Assembly (NCBI GenBank): GCA_963812195.1
Contig: CAWEUI010000008.1
Coordinates: 70,622-134,621, forward strand
DNA length: 64,000 bases
Direction: 5' to 3'
Source: an uncultured Gammaproteobacteria bacterium
Lineage (GTDB): Bacteria; Pseudomonadota; Gammaproteobacteria; Steroidobacterales; Steroidobacteraceae
In this document: positions 11,053 to 20,790 of the stretch, piece by piece
Numbering within the stretch: position 1 is the first letter of the stretch
How the letters are laid out: each line of letters opens with the position of its first letter
The notes under the pieces: generated by a model
Database searches by the model: none
What the model was told of the DNA's origin: nothing
Seen by the model: the letters and a program-made list of their open reading frames with translations, nothing else
Program-made: the position numbers and the translations under genes

Positions 11053-12053
11053 TGCCCATTTCACGTCGAAACTTCCTGCGTACCAGTGCGCAGGCCCTGG
11101 CCGTATCGCCGCTGTTCGGCACGGTTTCCCCGGGTGATCCGGAAACGATCGCCGAGGCCGAGAAGCACAAGCCCGAGCGGGTCTCCCCGTCGGATATCTC
11201 CGTCAGGGACGTGGCCGGGCTGGCCATGATCTCCGGCTGCGGCTGCAATGTCGTGGCGATGCCGGGCCCGAATGGCGCGCTGATGGTCGACGGCGGGCTG
11301 GCAGTCAACTCGACGCTGCTGCTGCAGGCCGTGGCAAAGGCCACCAACACCAGCCGCGTCGATACGCTGATCAACACGCACTGGCATCCGGCGCAGACCG
11401 GCTCCAACGAGGCGGTCGGCAAGGCCGGCGGCACCATCATTTCGCATGAGGTCACCCGCCTCGCCCTCGGTGCGCGCAACCGCTCGGCGTTGTTCGAAGG
11501 CATCTACGGCCCGCTGCCCAAGGCAGCCCAGCCCACGCGGACCACGTACAACAAGGGTTCGCTGCAGATCGCCGGCGAGCAGGTCGACTACCGCTACCTG
11601 CCCGGGGCACACACCAACGGTGACCTGTTCATCCATTTCCCGAAGCGCAACGTGCTGGTTGCCGGCGGACCGGTTGGTTCGGACCGCTGGCCGGTGATGG
11701 ACTACCTCAACGGCGGATTCATGCACGGTTTCGTGCGTTCCTACGAGATCCTGTCGGATGTCGTGAAACCCGACACCATCGTGATCCCGGCCAATGGCCC
11801 CACGTTGAGCGGGGCGGACATCGTCAAGCAGAAGGATGTCTACTGGGATCTGTTCCGGCAGTTCTTCATCCTGTTCAACAAGGGTGCCGGCCCGCAGGAC
11901 GTCGTGGCCTACAACCGGGGCATTGATTTCCCGACTGTCGGGACCCTGAATGCGCCGCGGCCGCTGAAGGAACTGGAAAAGCAGCTGGGCGATCCGGCGA
12001 AGTTCCTCGATGCCGCCTACCGCAGCACGCAGATGGCGACCATCCCGTTCTGA
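11052..12053 (+). CDS. MBL-fold metallo-hydrolase with twin-arginine signal
   Basis: A 333-aa protein whose start overlaps the ankyrin stop (TGATG). The Tat motif is MPISRRNFLRTSAQALAV. Metallo-beta-lactamase-type motifs are LINTHWHPAQTGSNEA and PGAHTNGDLFIHF. Confidence 0.85.
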   Translation: MPISRRNFLRTSAQALAVSPLFGTVSPGDPETIAEAEKHKPERVSPSDISVRDVAGLAMISGCGCNVVAMPGPNGALMVDGGLAVNSTLLLQAVAKATNTSRVDTLINTHWHPAQTGSNEAVGKAGGTIISHEVTRLALGARNRSALFEGIYGPLPKAAQPTRTTYNKGSLQIAGEQVDYRYLPGAHTNGDLFIHFPKRNVLVAGGPVGSDRWPVMDYLNGGFMHGFVRSYEILSDVVKPDTIVIPANGPTLSGADIVKQKDVYWDLFRQFFILFNKGAGPQDVVAYNRGIDFPTVGTLNAPRPLKELEKQLGDPAKFLDAAYRSTQMATIPF

Positions 12054-12059
12054 CGCAAC

Positions 12060-12085
12060 GCCCGGCCGGCTCCACGCCGCCGGGC
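12060..12085 (+). terminator. weak candidate intrinsic terminator after the MBL gene
   Basis: GCCCGGC (12060-12066) pairs with GCCGGGC (12079-12085) across a 12-nt loop, followed by TGGTATTCT. The loop is long and the U-tract is poor. Confidence 0.25.
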
Positions 12086-12216
12086 TGGTATTCTCCCCGG
12101 CTGGCACCGTATCCGCGGAGGCGGCCCCATGCCAGCCCACTCGCTCACCACCGCTGGCGAAGGCACGCGCCACCGGCCGCATTGAGGCGGCACAAGTCGA
12201 ATCATCCGGGGAGGTC

Positions 12217-12465
12217 ATGGCCATGAACGCTGGACGCTACCTGTTGTGCGCCGCTGCCACGCTGCTGCTTGCGGGCCCGCCGCGCGCCACCGTCGCGGCG
12301 CAGAACGACACTGTTGCCGCGCGACTGCAGAGGCTGGAGGACCGGCAACAGATTCTCGAACTGCTCGGCGCCTACGGCGCGACGCTGGACCGGCACGATT
12401 TCACGGCATTCGGGCAGCTGTTCGCCGAGGACGCCGACTACGGCGCCGGACCCGGTGCGCCATAG
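12217..12465 (+). CDS. SnoaL/NTF2-like secreted protein, apparently C-terminally truncated (82 aa)
   Basis: MAMNAGRYLLCAAATLLLAGPPRATVAAQ looks like a signal peptide. It is followed by RLQRLEDRQQILELLGAYGATLDRHDFTAFGQLFAEDADY, which resembles the first half of SnoaL_4-type domains. The ORF stops at 12465, where the glycosylase gene begins. Confidence 0.45.
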   Translation: MAMNAGRYLLCAAATLLLAGPPRATVAAQNDTVAARLQRLEDRQQILELLGAYGATLDRHDFTAFGQLFAEDADYGAGPGAP

Positions 12466-12974
12466 ACGCGCGGCTGCAGGGATTCGCGCCGCTTGCCACT
12501 CGCAATGCGCGCGTGCTGATTCTTGGCAGCATGCCCGGCATCGCCTCCCTGCAGGCTGGCCAGTACTACGCACATCCGCGCAATGGCTTCTGGCCCGTCA
12601 TGGAATCGCTGTGGGGAATACCCGCAGCAGCCGGCTACACAGCGCGTGTGCGCGCCGTGAAGCAGGCCGGCGTGGCAATCTGGGACGTGCTGGCCGGTTG
12701 CCGGCGGCGTTCGAGCCTGGACGCGGACATCGAGCCGCAATCCATCGAGGTCAATGATTTCGACCGGTTCTTTCGTACCCACAAGGCGATCAGGATCATC
12801 GCCTTCAACGGGGGAACGGCAGCCAGGCTGTTCCGCCGCCACGTCCTGCCCGGGCTGGATGCCTCCACGCGACGACTGCCGCAACTGCAATTGCCTTCGA
12901 CCAGCCCGGCCAACGCGCGAGTCTCGCTGGCCGCCAAGTGCCGCACCTGGTCCGTCCTGAAGACCTGCCGTTGA
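12455..12974 (+). CDS. DNA-deoxyinosine (hypoxanthine) glycosylase, uracil-DNA glycosylase superfamily; start unresolved
   Basis: The frame of ORF 12246-12974 reads RLQGFAPLATRNARVLILGSMPGIASLQAGQYYAHPRNGFWPVM...IAFNGGTAARLF...LPSTSPANA. No in-frame ATG or GTG lies just upstream. GTG 12455 would fit if one base near 12470 is an indel (VRHRRA-LQGFAP). Confidence 0.7.
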
Positions 12975-12977
12975 GGT

Positions 12978-14204
12978 CTATTCGTAGCGCAGTGCTTCGA
13001 TGGGATTGAGCTGCGAGGCACGCCGCGCCGGCACGAAGCCGAACACGATGCCGACCGTTGCCGATGCGGCAATGGCGATCACCACCACGAAGGGACTGAC
13101 GTAGATGGGCCAACCCATCGCAGCGCCCAGACCGGCCGCAACCGCCACACCAAGCGTCAGGCCTATCAGGCCGCCCACCAGGCACAGCAGCACGGCTTCG
13201 GTAAGGAACTGGCCGAGAATGTCGTCACTGCGGGCACCGATCGCCATGCGCAACCCGATCTCCCGGGTGCGCTCGGTTACCGACACCAGCATGATGTTCA
13301 TGATGCCGATACCGCCGACCACCAGCGATATGGCGGCGGTTGCCGCGAGCAGCAGACCGAGTGTTTCGGAAGCCGCGTTACGTGCCTGCAGGAACTCGGC
13401 GAAGTTCCGGATGATGAAGTTGTTGTCCTCGTTGGGCCCGATGCGCCGCAGTTCGCGCAACAGGTGTTCGATGTCGGACTGCACATTGGACAGGCTGTAG
13501 CGTTCGTCGACCTTGACCAGCAGCGCGCCGATCTGATTCGGCGCCCCCACCCGGCCGGCAAGGCGCGACCGCGCAGTGGAAATCGGCACCATGACGACGT
13601 CGTCCTGGTCCCGACCACCGGCCTGACCTTTTTCGGCCAGGACCCCGATCACGGTGAACGGCGAATTGTTGATGCGGATGGTCGAACCCAGTGGATCGGC
13701 TCCGCCGAACAATTCCTTCGCTACGGTATTGCCCAGCACCACAACCCTGGCACCGCTCTGCGCCTCGCGCGCATCGAAGAACCGCCCGCGCGCCACCGGC
13801 CAGCCCTGTACCTGCTGGATGTCGGCGCTGACACCCTGTGCCTGGGTCGTCCAGTTGGCGCTGCCATACACGATGTTGACGTTGCTCCCCAGCCGGCCGG
13901 ACACGGCCACCACGCCAGGTATCCGATCGCGCACTGCGCGCAGGTCCTTTTCGGTCAGGGGCGGTGCCGAGCCGAAGCCGCCACGGACGCCGCCCCGGTT
14001 CGTTGATCCCGGAAAAATCGTCAACAGATTCGTGCCGAGGCTGGAGATCTGGCTCTGGATCTGCTTCGATGCGCCATTGCCGATCGCGCTCATCACGATC
14101 ACCGAAGCCACGCCGATGATGATGCCAAGCGTGGTCAGCGCGCTGCGCATCTTGTTCAGGCGCAACGCAACCAGCGCAGTCTTGATGTATTCGGTGATGT
14201 TCAC
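12978..14204 (-). CDS. ABC transporter permease, MacB/FtsX family (4 TM plus periplasmic domain)
   Basis: A 408-aa protein with N-terminus MNITEYIKTALVALRLNKMRSALTTLGIIIGVASV, C-terminal RTREIGLRMAIGARSDDIL, and ending ARRASQLNPIEALRYE. Confidence 0.9.
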   Translation of the reverse strand: MNITEYIKTALVALRLNKMRSALTTLGIIIGVASVIVMSAIGNGASKQIQSQISSLGTNLLTIFPGSTNRGGVRGGFGSAPPLTEKDLRAVRDRIPGVVAVSGRLGSNVNIVYGSANWTTQAQGVSADIQQVQGWPVARGRFFDAREAQSGARVVVLGNTVAKELFGGADPLGSTIRINNSPFTVIGVLAEKGQAGGRDQDDVVMVPISTARSRLAGRVGAPNQIGALLVKVDERYSLSNVQSDIEHLLRELRRIGPNEDNNFIIRNFAEFLQARNAASETLGLLLAATAAISLVVGGIGIMNIMLVSVTERTREIGLRMAIGARSDDILGQFLTEAVLLCLVGGLIGLTLGVAVAAGLGAAMGWPIYVSPFVVVIAIAASATVGIVFGFVPARRASQLNPIEALRYE

Positions 14205-14920
14205 AGATGGCGCTCGACCACGGGAGCATCCTCCACGATCAGCCCGTCACGCACCCGCAGCAGGCGCTCGGCATAGGACGCCACATCCAGTTCGTGGGTC
14301 ACGATGATCACGGTCATGCCCTGCTCGGTCAACTTGCGGAACAGGCTCATGATCTCCTCTGACGTGTGGGTGTCCAGCGCACCGGTCGGTTCGTCCGCCA
14401 GGATCAGGCTGGGCGCGTTGACCAGCGCGCGCGCGATGGCCACGCGCTGCTGCTGGCCGCCGGAGAGCTGCGAGGGCACGTGGTCCATGCGATCGCCCAG
14501 TCCGACCTCGCGCAGCCGCTGCTCGGCAAGCTGCCCTGCTTGTGCCTGCTTGGCCGGATCGCGCGCGTAGGTCAGCGGCAACTTGACGTTGTCCAGCGCG
14601 GAGGTCCGGCGCAGCAGGTTGAACTGCTGGAACACGAAGCCGATGGTTCGGTTGCGCAGATCGGCCAGTTCATCGCCGCTCAGCGAGGCAATGGCCGTTC
14701 CGTTGATGGCCAGTTCGCCGGAAGTGGGCGTGTCCAGCGCACCGATCAGGTTCATCAGCGTCGACTTGCCGGAGCCGGAAGGCCCCATGATCGCCACGAA
14801 CTCTCCGCGGTGGATATCGAAGGAGACGTCGCGCAGCGCATGCACCGCGACCTCGCCGAGCTGGTAGGTCTTGGTGAGATGGCGGGCCGCAACCACCGGC
14901 ACCGCGTCGGCATCGGTCAC
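14201..14920 (-). CDS. ABC transporter ATP-binding protein (MacB/LolD-type)
   Basis: Walker A GPSGSGKST, signature LSGGQQQRVAIARAL, Walker B LILADEPTGALD. It has 4-nt overlaps with both neighbours. Confidence 0.9.
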   Translation of the reverse strand: MTDADAVPVVAARHLTKTYQLGEVAVHALRDVSFDIHRGEFVAIMGPSGSGKSTLMNLIGALDTPTSGELAINGTAIASLSGDELADLRNRTIGFVFQQFNLLRRTSALDNVKLPLTYARDPAKQAQAGQLAEQRLREVGLGDRMDHVPSQLSGGQQQRVAIARALVNAPSLILADEPTGALDTHTSEEIMSLFRKLTEQGMTVIIVTHELDVASYAERLLRVRDGLIVEDAPVVERHL

Positions 14921-16474
14921 TGACCAACCTCGGCGCGGGCGCGCAGGATCACACTGTCGCCCGCCTTGAGTCCATGAGGTTCCACGATCTCGGTATAACG
15001 GTCGTCGGAGACGCCAAACGTCACGTCATGGGACTCGGGTTTGCCGCCATCCAGCGTATAGAGCGTGCCGGAATGCGTTTCGGGCTCCGGACCGCGCTGG
15101 CTGTTGAGCATGCGGTACTTGTCCATCTGGTCTGGCGTAAGCACCGACGAGAACACGTTCTCGATGCGGTTGCGCATCGCCTGCTGCTGCTGGTTCTGCT
15201 GCCGGAAGTTCGGGCCACCCTGTCCAGCCAATCCTGCCGGTGCGCCATTCTGCTGGGACCGCATCTGCTCGAACATGGCCTGCAGTGACTTGCGCAACTT
15301 CTCCTGCTGATCCTTGGTGACGCCCAGATCCTTGAGCATCTGCTCGTTGTCGAGGATGTTGTTCCCCCCCTGGCGATTACCGCCGGAGGAGCTGCGGGAC
15401 GCGGTGAAACTGCCGGAACCGGAATCCGCCACATCAGCCGGCTTGAAGCGTGTGGCGTCGTTTGGCACGCGCAACACGTTTTCGCGATGATCGGTGGTGA
15501 TGCTGACATTGGCCGTCATGCCCGGCAGCAGCATCTGACGCGGATTGCGCGCCTGCACCATCACGCTGTACGTGACCACGTTCTGCACAGTCGTCGATGC
15601 CAGCCGTACCTGCGCCACCTGTCCGGTGAAGGTCTGATCGGGAAAGGCATCCACCGTGAAGGATGCCGGATCATCGACCCTGATCGCCCCGATGTCGGCC
15701 TCGTCCACCTTGGCCTCGATCTGGATCTGCGACAGGTCCTGGGCAATCTTGAACAGCACCGGCGCCTGCAGGCTGGCGGCAACCGTCTGGCCCAGATCGA
15801 CGCTGCGCGAAATCACGATGCCGTCGATGGGCGCGCGGATCTGCGTGTGCGACAGGTCGATGCGAGCCTGTTCCAGCGCTGCCTCGCGGGTCTTCAGGTT
15901 GGCCTCGGCGGTCTTGACCTGCGCCTGGGCGATGACCACGTCGCTCTTGGCCAGTGCCAGCGACTTGAGGGAATCCTCGGCGGCGCTCTGCGCAACCAGC
16001 TTCTGGGCAGCCAGCCGCTCCTGCCGGTCATAGTCGCGCTGCGCCTGTTCGACGGTGGTCCTGGCCTTGTTCAGGGAAGCCTGCTGCGAACCCACCGTAG
16101 CTTGCGCCACTGCCAGATCAGCCTGGGCCGACGCCACACGCTGCTGGTAGATCTGCGGATCAATAACCGCCAGCAGGTCGCCCTTCTTTACCCGGGAGTT
16201 GAAATCGGCATGCAGCTCGGAGATCTGCCCGGAGATCACGCGAACCGACCTCCACCGTCACCAGCGCATCCACCGCGCCGGTGGAACTGACCGTCTTGTC
16301 CACCGCACCGCGGTCGATGGTGCCGGTCTCGTAGCTGACCTGCGGGCCGCTGAAGTGCCCGACGATGCGCCAGGCGGCCACGGCCACCACGATTACCACT
16401 ACCCCGACCGCTACTCGCTTGAGATTCTTGTTCAGGACCACGTTATTACTTTTCCGAATCTTCCGGGCACGCAA
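14917..16474 (-). pseudogene. MacA/HlyD-family periplasmic adaptor; one frameshift near 16237 as assembled
   Basis: ORF 16160-16474 gives the TM anchor and ...VTVEVGSR. ORF 14917-16239 continues VISGQISELHADFNSRVKKGDLLAVIDPQ, followed by coiled-coil and barrel regions. Confidence 0.85.
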
Positions 16475-16544
16475 GCCCCCTTAAACGGCGTTAGACCAGC
16501 CAACCCAGAACAAGTTCGTTATATCGACCGGTTCAGCCGTCGGG

Positions 16545-17552
16545 TCAGGAGCGGGCCATTTTGCTGCCTGAGGCAGCAGCATCCAGCAACCCCTTTTCGC
16601 GCAACCAGGTCGGCTGGTACAGGCGCGAGACGTACTTGGCGCCGCCGTCACACAGGATGGTCACCACCGTGTGGCCCGGCCCCAGCTCACGCGCCACCCG
16701 CACTGCGGCGGCCACGTTGATGCCGCTGGTGGTGCCCAGGAACAGGCCCTCCTCGCGCAGCAGCCGGTACACCACCGCCACGGTCTCCGGATCCTCGATG
16801 TGCAGGGCCGTGTCCACGGGCGCGTTGCGAAAGTTGTCGGTGACGCGGCCGATGCCGATGCCCTCGGTGATCGAGCCCTTCCCGGTGGCCTTGACCTGAC
16901 CATGCAGGACGAATTCATACAGCGAGCTGCCGGGCGGGTCCGCCAGCACCGTACGGATCCGCTCATTGCGCGATTTGAGGTATTCGGAGGTGCCGGCCAG
17001 CGTCCCGCCGGTGCCGCACGCGGCCACGAACGCGTCGATCCGCCCTTCCGTCTGGGTCCAGATTTCCGGTCCGGTGGATTCCACATGGGCGCGCCGGTTG
17101 GCGGTGTTGTCGAACTGGTTGGACCAGATCGCGTTGGGCAATTCCCCGGCAAGGCGCTGCGCCTGATGCTGGTACTGGTCCGGATTGCTGTACGGGACCA
17201 CCGGGACCTTGCGCACTTCTGCTCCCAGCGCTTCGAGCAGCTGGTATTTCTCCGGTGACTGGTTGTCCGGCATGAGCAGGATGAGGTGGTAACCGCGCGC
17301 ATTGCACACATGCGCCAGTCCAATGCCGGTATTGCCGGCGGTGCCTTCCACTACGGTGCCGCCCGGCTTCAACAAGCCGCGCGCCTCCGCGTCCAGCACG
17401 ATCCACTTCGCGGCGCGGTCCTTGACGGACCCGCCCGGATTCATGAATTCCGCCTTGCCGTAGATCTCGCAGCCGGTCTCGCGACTCAAACCATTCAGGC
17501 GAATCAGCGGCGTGTTGCCTACGGTATCGATAAAGCCCCGACGAATGGTCAT
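16545..17552 (-). CDS. PLP-dependent cysteine synthase family protein (CysK/CBS-like)
   Basis: A 335-aa protein with DTVGNTPLIRLN, the PLP-lysine context EFMNPGGSVKDRAA, and GTAGNTGIGLA and GTGGTLAG. Confidence 0.85.
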   Translation of the reverse strand: MTIRRGFIDTVGNTPLIRLNGLSRETGCEIYGKAEFMNPGGSVKDRAAKWIVLDAEARGLLKPGGTVVEGTAGNTGIGLAHVCNARGYHLILLMPDNQSPEKYQLLEALGAEVRKVPVVPYSNPDQYQHQAQRLAGELPNAIWSNQFDNTANRRAHVESTGPEIWTQTEGRIDAFVAACGTGGTLAGTSEYLKSRNERIRTVLADPPGSSLYEFVLHGQVKATGKGSITEGIGIGRVTDNFRNAPVDTALHIEDPETVAVVYRLLREEGLFLGTTSGINVAAAVRVARELGPGHTVVTILCDGGAKYVSRLYQPTWLREKGLLDAAASGSKMARS

Positions 17553-17564
17553 CAGAAGTTCCTG

Positions 17565-18984
17565 CTATGGCATCTGCGCCGGTTCATCACCTGCGACATG
17601 CGACGGCGCGTTCGCATGCAGGCTCGCCAGCGCGGCAACCCTTCCCACCAACAGCAACGTCGGTGAGCGCAGCTGCGCGTTCGCAGCCAGCGTCGGCAAC
17701 TGCGCCAGAGTCGTTTGCAGCACCCGCTGATCCGGCCACGTGGCCCGCTCCACCAACGCCGCCGGGTGCGTGCCAGGCAGACCATGCTCGATCAGACGGG
17801 CGGCGATGTGGCCACTTTGCGCCGCGCTCATGTAAAAGACCACCGTGTGATCGGGCTGGGCCAGCGCCGACCAGTTCAGCGCCTCACCCTGGGCGCCGGT
17901 TGCAGTGACGAAAGTCACCGCCTGCGCCACGCCCCGCTGGGTCAGCGGCATGCCGGTACTGGCTGCCGCGCCCAGCCCGGCCGTGATGCCGGGCACCACG
18001 ATCGTCGGAATGCCCGCCGCGCGCAGCACTGCCAGCTCCTCGCCGCCGCGTCCGAAGACGAATGGATCTCCGCCCTTGACGCGCGCCACGCGCTTGCCGG
18101 CGCGGGTGTGTTCTAGCAGCAGCGAGTTGATGTATTCCTGCGTGTGTTCGTGACGACCCGGCGTCTTGCCGACATTGATTCTTTCGGCGTCGCGACGCGC
18201 GCGCCCCAGTATCACTTCCGGTACCAGCCGGTCATACAACAGCACGTCCGCCTGCTGCAGTAATTGCTGTGCGCGCAATGTCAGCAGATCCGGGTCGCCG
18301 GGACCCACGCCGATCAGATATGCCTCGCCACGTGCCGAGGGCGCTGCCGCGCGCGCCTGTTCCAGCGCGGATCGCATCGCTTCGTCAGCCCCCTGCTCGT
18401 CCCCGGCCAGCAGGCGTGTAGGCAAGGGTCCTGCAAAGAAGCTGTCCCAGAAGCGCAGTCGCATTGCCAGTTCCGGCAGCGCGCGCGCGGCAGCGGCACG
18501 CCAGCGGCCCGCGAAGCGGGCCACCTCGCCCAGGCGCTGCGGCAGCAGCGCTTCGATCTGCGCACGAACGCGGCGGGCCAGCGAGGGCGAAGCCCCGGAG
18601 GTTCCCACCGCCACTACAATGGGTGAGCGATCGACGATGGACGGGAATATGAAATCAGAGCTGCTTGCCGTCGTCGACCACGTTGACCAGTACACGCAGC
18701 TCGCGCGCGCTGCGCGACACGGCGGCATTGACCTCGGCATCGTCGGTGGCAGCCACCACCAGCATCGCGCCATCCAGCTGCGACACCGAGAACGGCACGG
18801 GCCGGTAGTCGATGCGCGCGTGGTCACGCAAAGCCGCCAGTTCCGGACACAGCTCCGGCGCCACGACACGCACCTTCGCATGCGCCTTGAGCAGTTGCTC
18901 GACCTTGCGCGCGGCCACGACACCGCCGCCGATCACGACGACAGGACGCTCACGCAGATCGATGAAAACCGGCAGGTAATCCAT
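17565..18984 (-). pseudogene. cysG: siroheme synthase CysG (precorrin-2 dehydrogenase/ferrochelatase plus uroporphyrinogen-III methyltransferase); one frameshift near 18658
   Basis: The N-terminal piece runs from ATG 18984 (MDYLPVFIDLRERPVVVIGGGVVAARK...VNVVDDGKQ). The C-terminal piece is ORF 17565-18923 (SDFIFPSIVDRSPIVVAVGTSGASP...YLIGVGPGDPDLLTLRA...[15 protein letters not shown]). Confidence 0.9.
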
Positions 18985-18997
18985 CGCGCGACGGGCT

Positions 18998-19705
18998 TCA
19001 GCCCACGGGCATGGCAACGCCACGCTGACGCGGCTGCAAACCACACTCCTTCGAATCGCTGTTTTCCCACCACCAGCGGCCCGAACGGCTGTCCTCGCCC
19101 GGCTCCACGGCCCGCGTACACGGCGCACAGCCAATGCTCGGATATCCCTGGTCGTGCAGCGGGTTGTACGGCAGCTTGTTGGCACGGATATAGCCCCACA
19201 CGTCCTCATCCGTCCAGTCCAGCAGCGGACTGATGCGCGCGATGCCGCCGTTGGCCTGATCGATTTCCACAGGCTGGGCCTGTGCCCGCGTGGCGGACTG
19301 TTCGCGCCGCACACCGGTGACCCAGGCACCGGCACCGGCGATCGCCCGCCGAAACGGCTCCACCTTGCGAATATGGCAACACCCCTGGCGTTGCTCGACC
19401 CCGTTGTAGAAGCCATTGATGCCGTTCCGGGCTATCCAGGCTTCAATGGCCGCCGGATCGGGGTGAATGACCCGAATCCGCCGCTGGTAGCGGTTTTCCA
19501 GGCGCTCGATCAGGTTGCGGGTCTGCTCGTGCAGCCGCCCGGTATCGAGCGTGAAGATCTCGATCTGCGGCACCTGGGTCCAGATCAGGTCCGTGAGTAC
19601 GATGGCCTCGGCCCCCAGGCTGCTGGAGTAGACCACCTTTTCGTACTCGCGCACGGCCGAATGCAGCAGGGCCAGCGAGGCTTCTTTCTTGGCTTCGATA
19701 GACAT
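18998..19705 (-). CDS. cysH: phosphoadenosine/adenosine phosphosulfate reductase
   Basis: A 235-aa protein from ATG 19705 (ORF 18998-20065 trimmed). Motifs are SSSLGAEAIVLTDL, CCHIRKVEPF and a C-terminal ECGLQ-type redox motif. Confidence 0.85.
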   Translation of the reverse strand: MSIEAKKEASLALLHSAVREYEKVVYSSSLGAEAIVLTDLIWTQVPQIEIFTLDTGRLHEQTRNLIERLENRYQRRIRVIHPDPAAIEAWIARNGINGFYNGVEQRQGCCHIRKVEPFRRAIAGAGAWVTGVRREQSATRAQAQPVEIDQANGGIARISPLLDWTDEDVWGYIRANKLPYNPLHDQGYPSIGCAPCTRAVEPGEDSRSGRWWWENSDSKECGLQPRQRGVAMPVG

Positions 19706-19808
19706 GCTGCCATTCTCGCCAGCCACCTCATAACATTGGAACATCACTTGTGGCAGGATGCGGCCCTGACCGGCCATTTTGCCGCTTTGCGGCATCCGTA
19801 GGAACATC

Positions 19809-20790
19809 ATGACGGGAATCACCCTTCGCCGCCTGCGCCAGGACGAGCACGTGCGTGCCCTGACCCGCGGTGCGCGGCCACACCATGAGCAGTTCATCCA
19901 GCCGCTGTTCGTGGTCGAGGGCATCGCCGCGCGCGAGGCGGTCCCCGGTCTCACCGGTGTGTATCCGCGACACACCGGCATCCGTGCTGGCGCAGATCGA
20001 AGCCGACCTGGCGGCCGGCTGCAGCAAGTTCCTGCTGTTCGGTGTGCCGGCCACGCAGCAGGCACGCAACATCGACTGGTCCTTCACCGCCGGCCAGATC
20101 GCGGCCATCAAGAAGCGCTTCGGAAACAAGCTGTGGCTGGCAGTGGATGTATGCCTGTGCTCCTCCACGCCGCATGGCCACTGCGGCGTGCTCAACGACG
20201 CGCACGATCACCTGGACAACGCGGCCAGCGTCAAGGAGCTGGTGGCGGCCGCGCTCGCCTATGCGCGCGCGGGGGCCGACTGCGTGGCGCCCAGCGACAT
20301 GATGGACGGGCGTATCGGCGCCATCCGCCAGGCGCTGGATGCGCAGGGTCTGGAGCGCACGGTGCTGATGAGCTATGCGGCCAAGTTCCACTCGAATTTC
20401 TACGGTCCGTTTCGCGTCGCCGCCGATTCGGCTCCCAGGGGCGACGGGGTGCTGCTCACCGATCGGTCCTCCTACCAGATCGATCCTTCCCGTGCGAACG
20501 ATGCACTGCTGGCGGTGGAGCGCGACGTGCGCGAGGGTGCCGACATCCTGATGGTCAAACCCGGCCTGCCCTATCTGGACATCCTCGCGGACCTGTCCCG
20601 CCGCTTCGCGCAGCCCTGGGCCGTCTATGAAGTCAGCGGCGAATACGCGGGCATCGAACTGCTGGCAGAACAAGGCCTGGCCAATCGCGTGCACGCGCAT
20701 CTGGAAGCCTGGAGCGCGTTCCTGCGCGCCGGCGCCTCGATGATCATCAGCTACGGCGCACGCCATGCGAAGGAGTGGCTGGCGCGATGA
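19809..20790 (+). pseudogene. hemB: porphobilinogen synthase (delta-aminolevulinate dehydratase); one frameshift at about 19965
   Basis: ATG 19809 starts MTGITLRRLRQDEHVRALTRGARPHHEQFIQPLFVVEG...GLTGVY. It then continues in ORF 19870-20790 (RDTPASVLAQIEADL...VAPSDMMDGRIGAIR...YAAKFHSNFYGPFR...MVKPGLPYLDI). An extra C appears to sit in the CC at 19965-19966. Confidence 0.9.
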
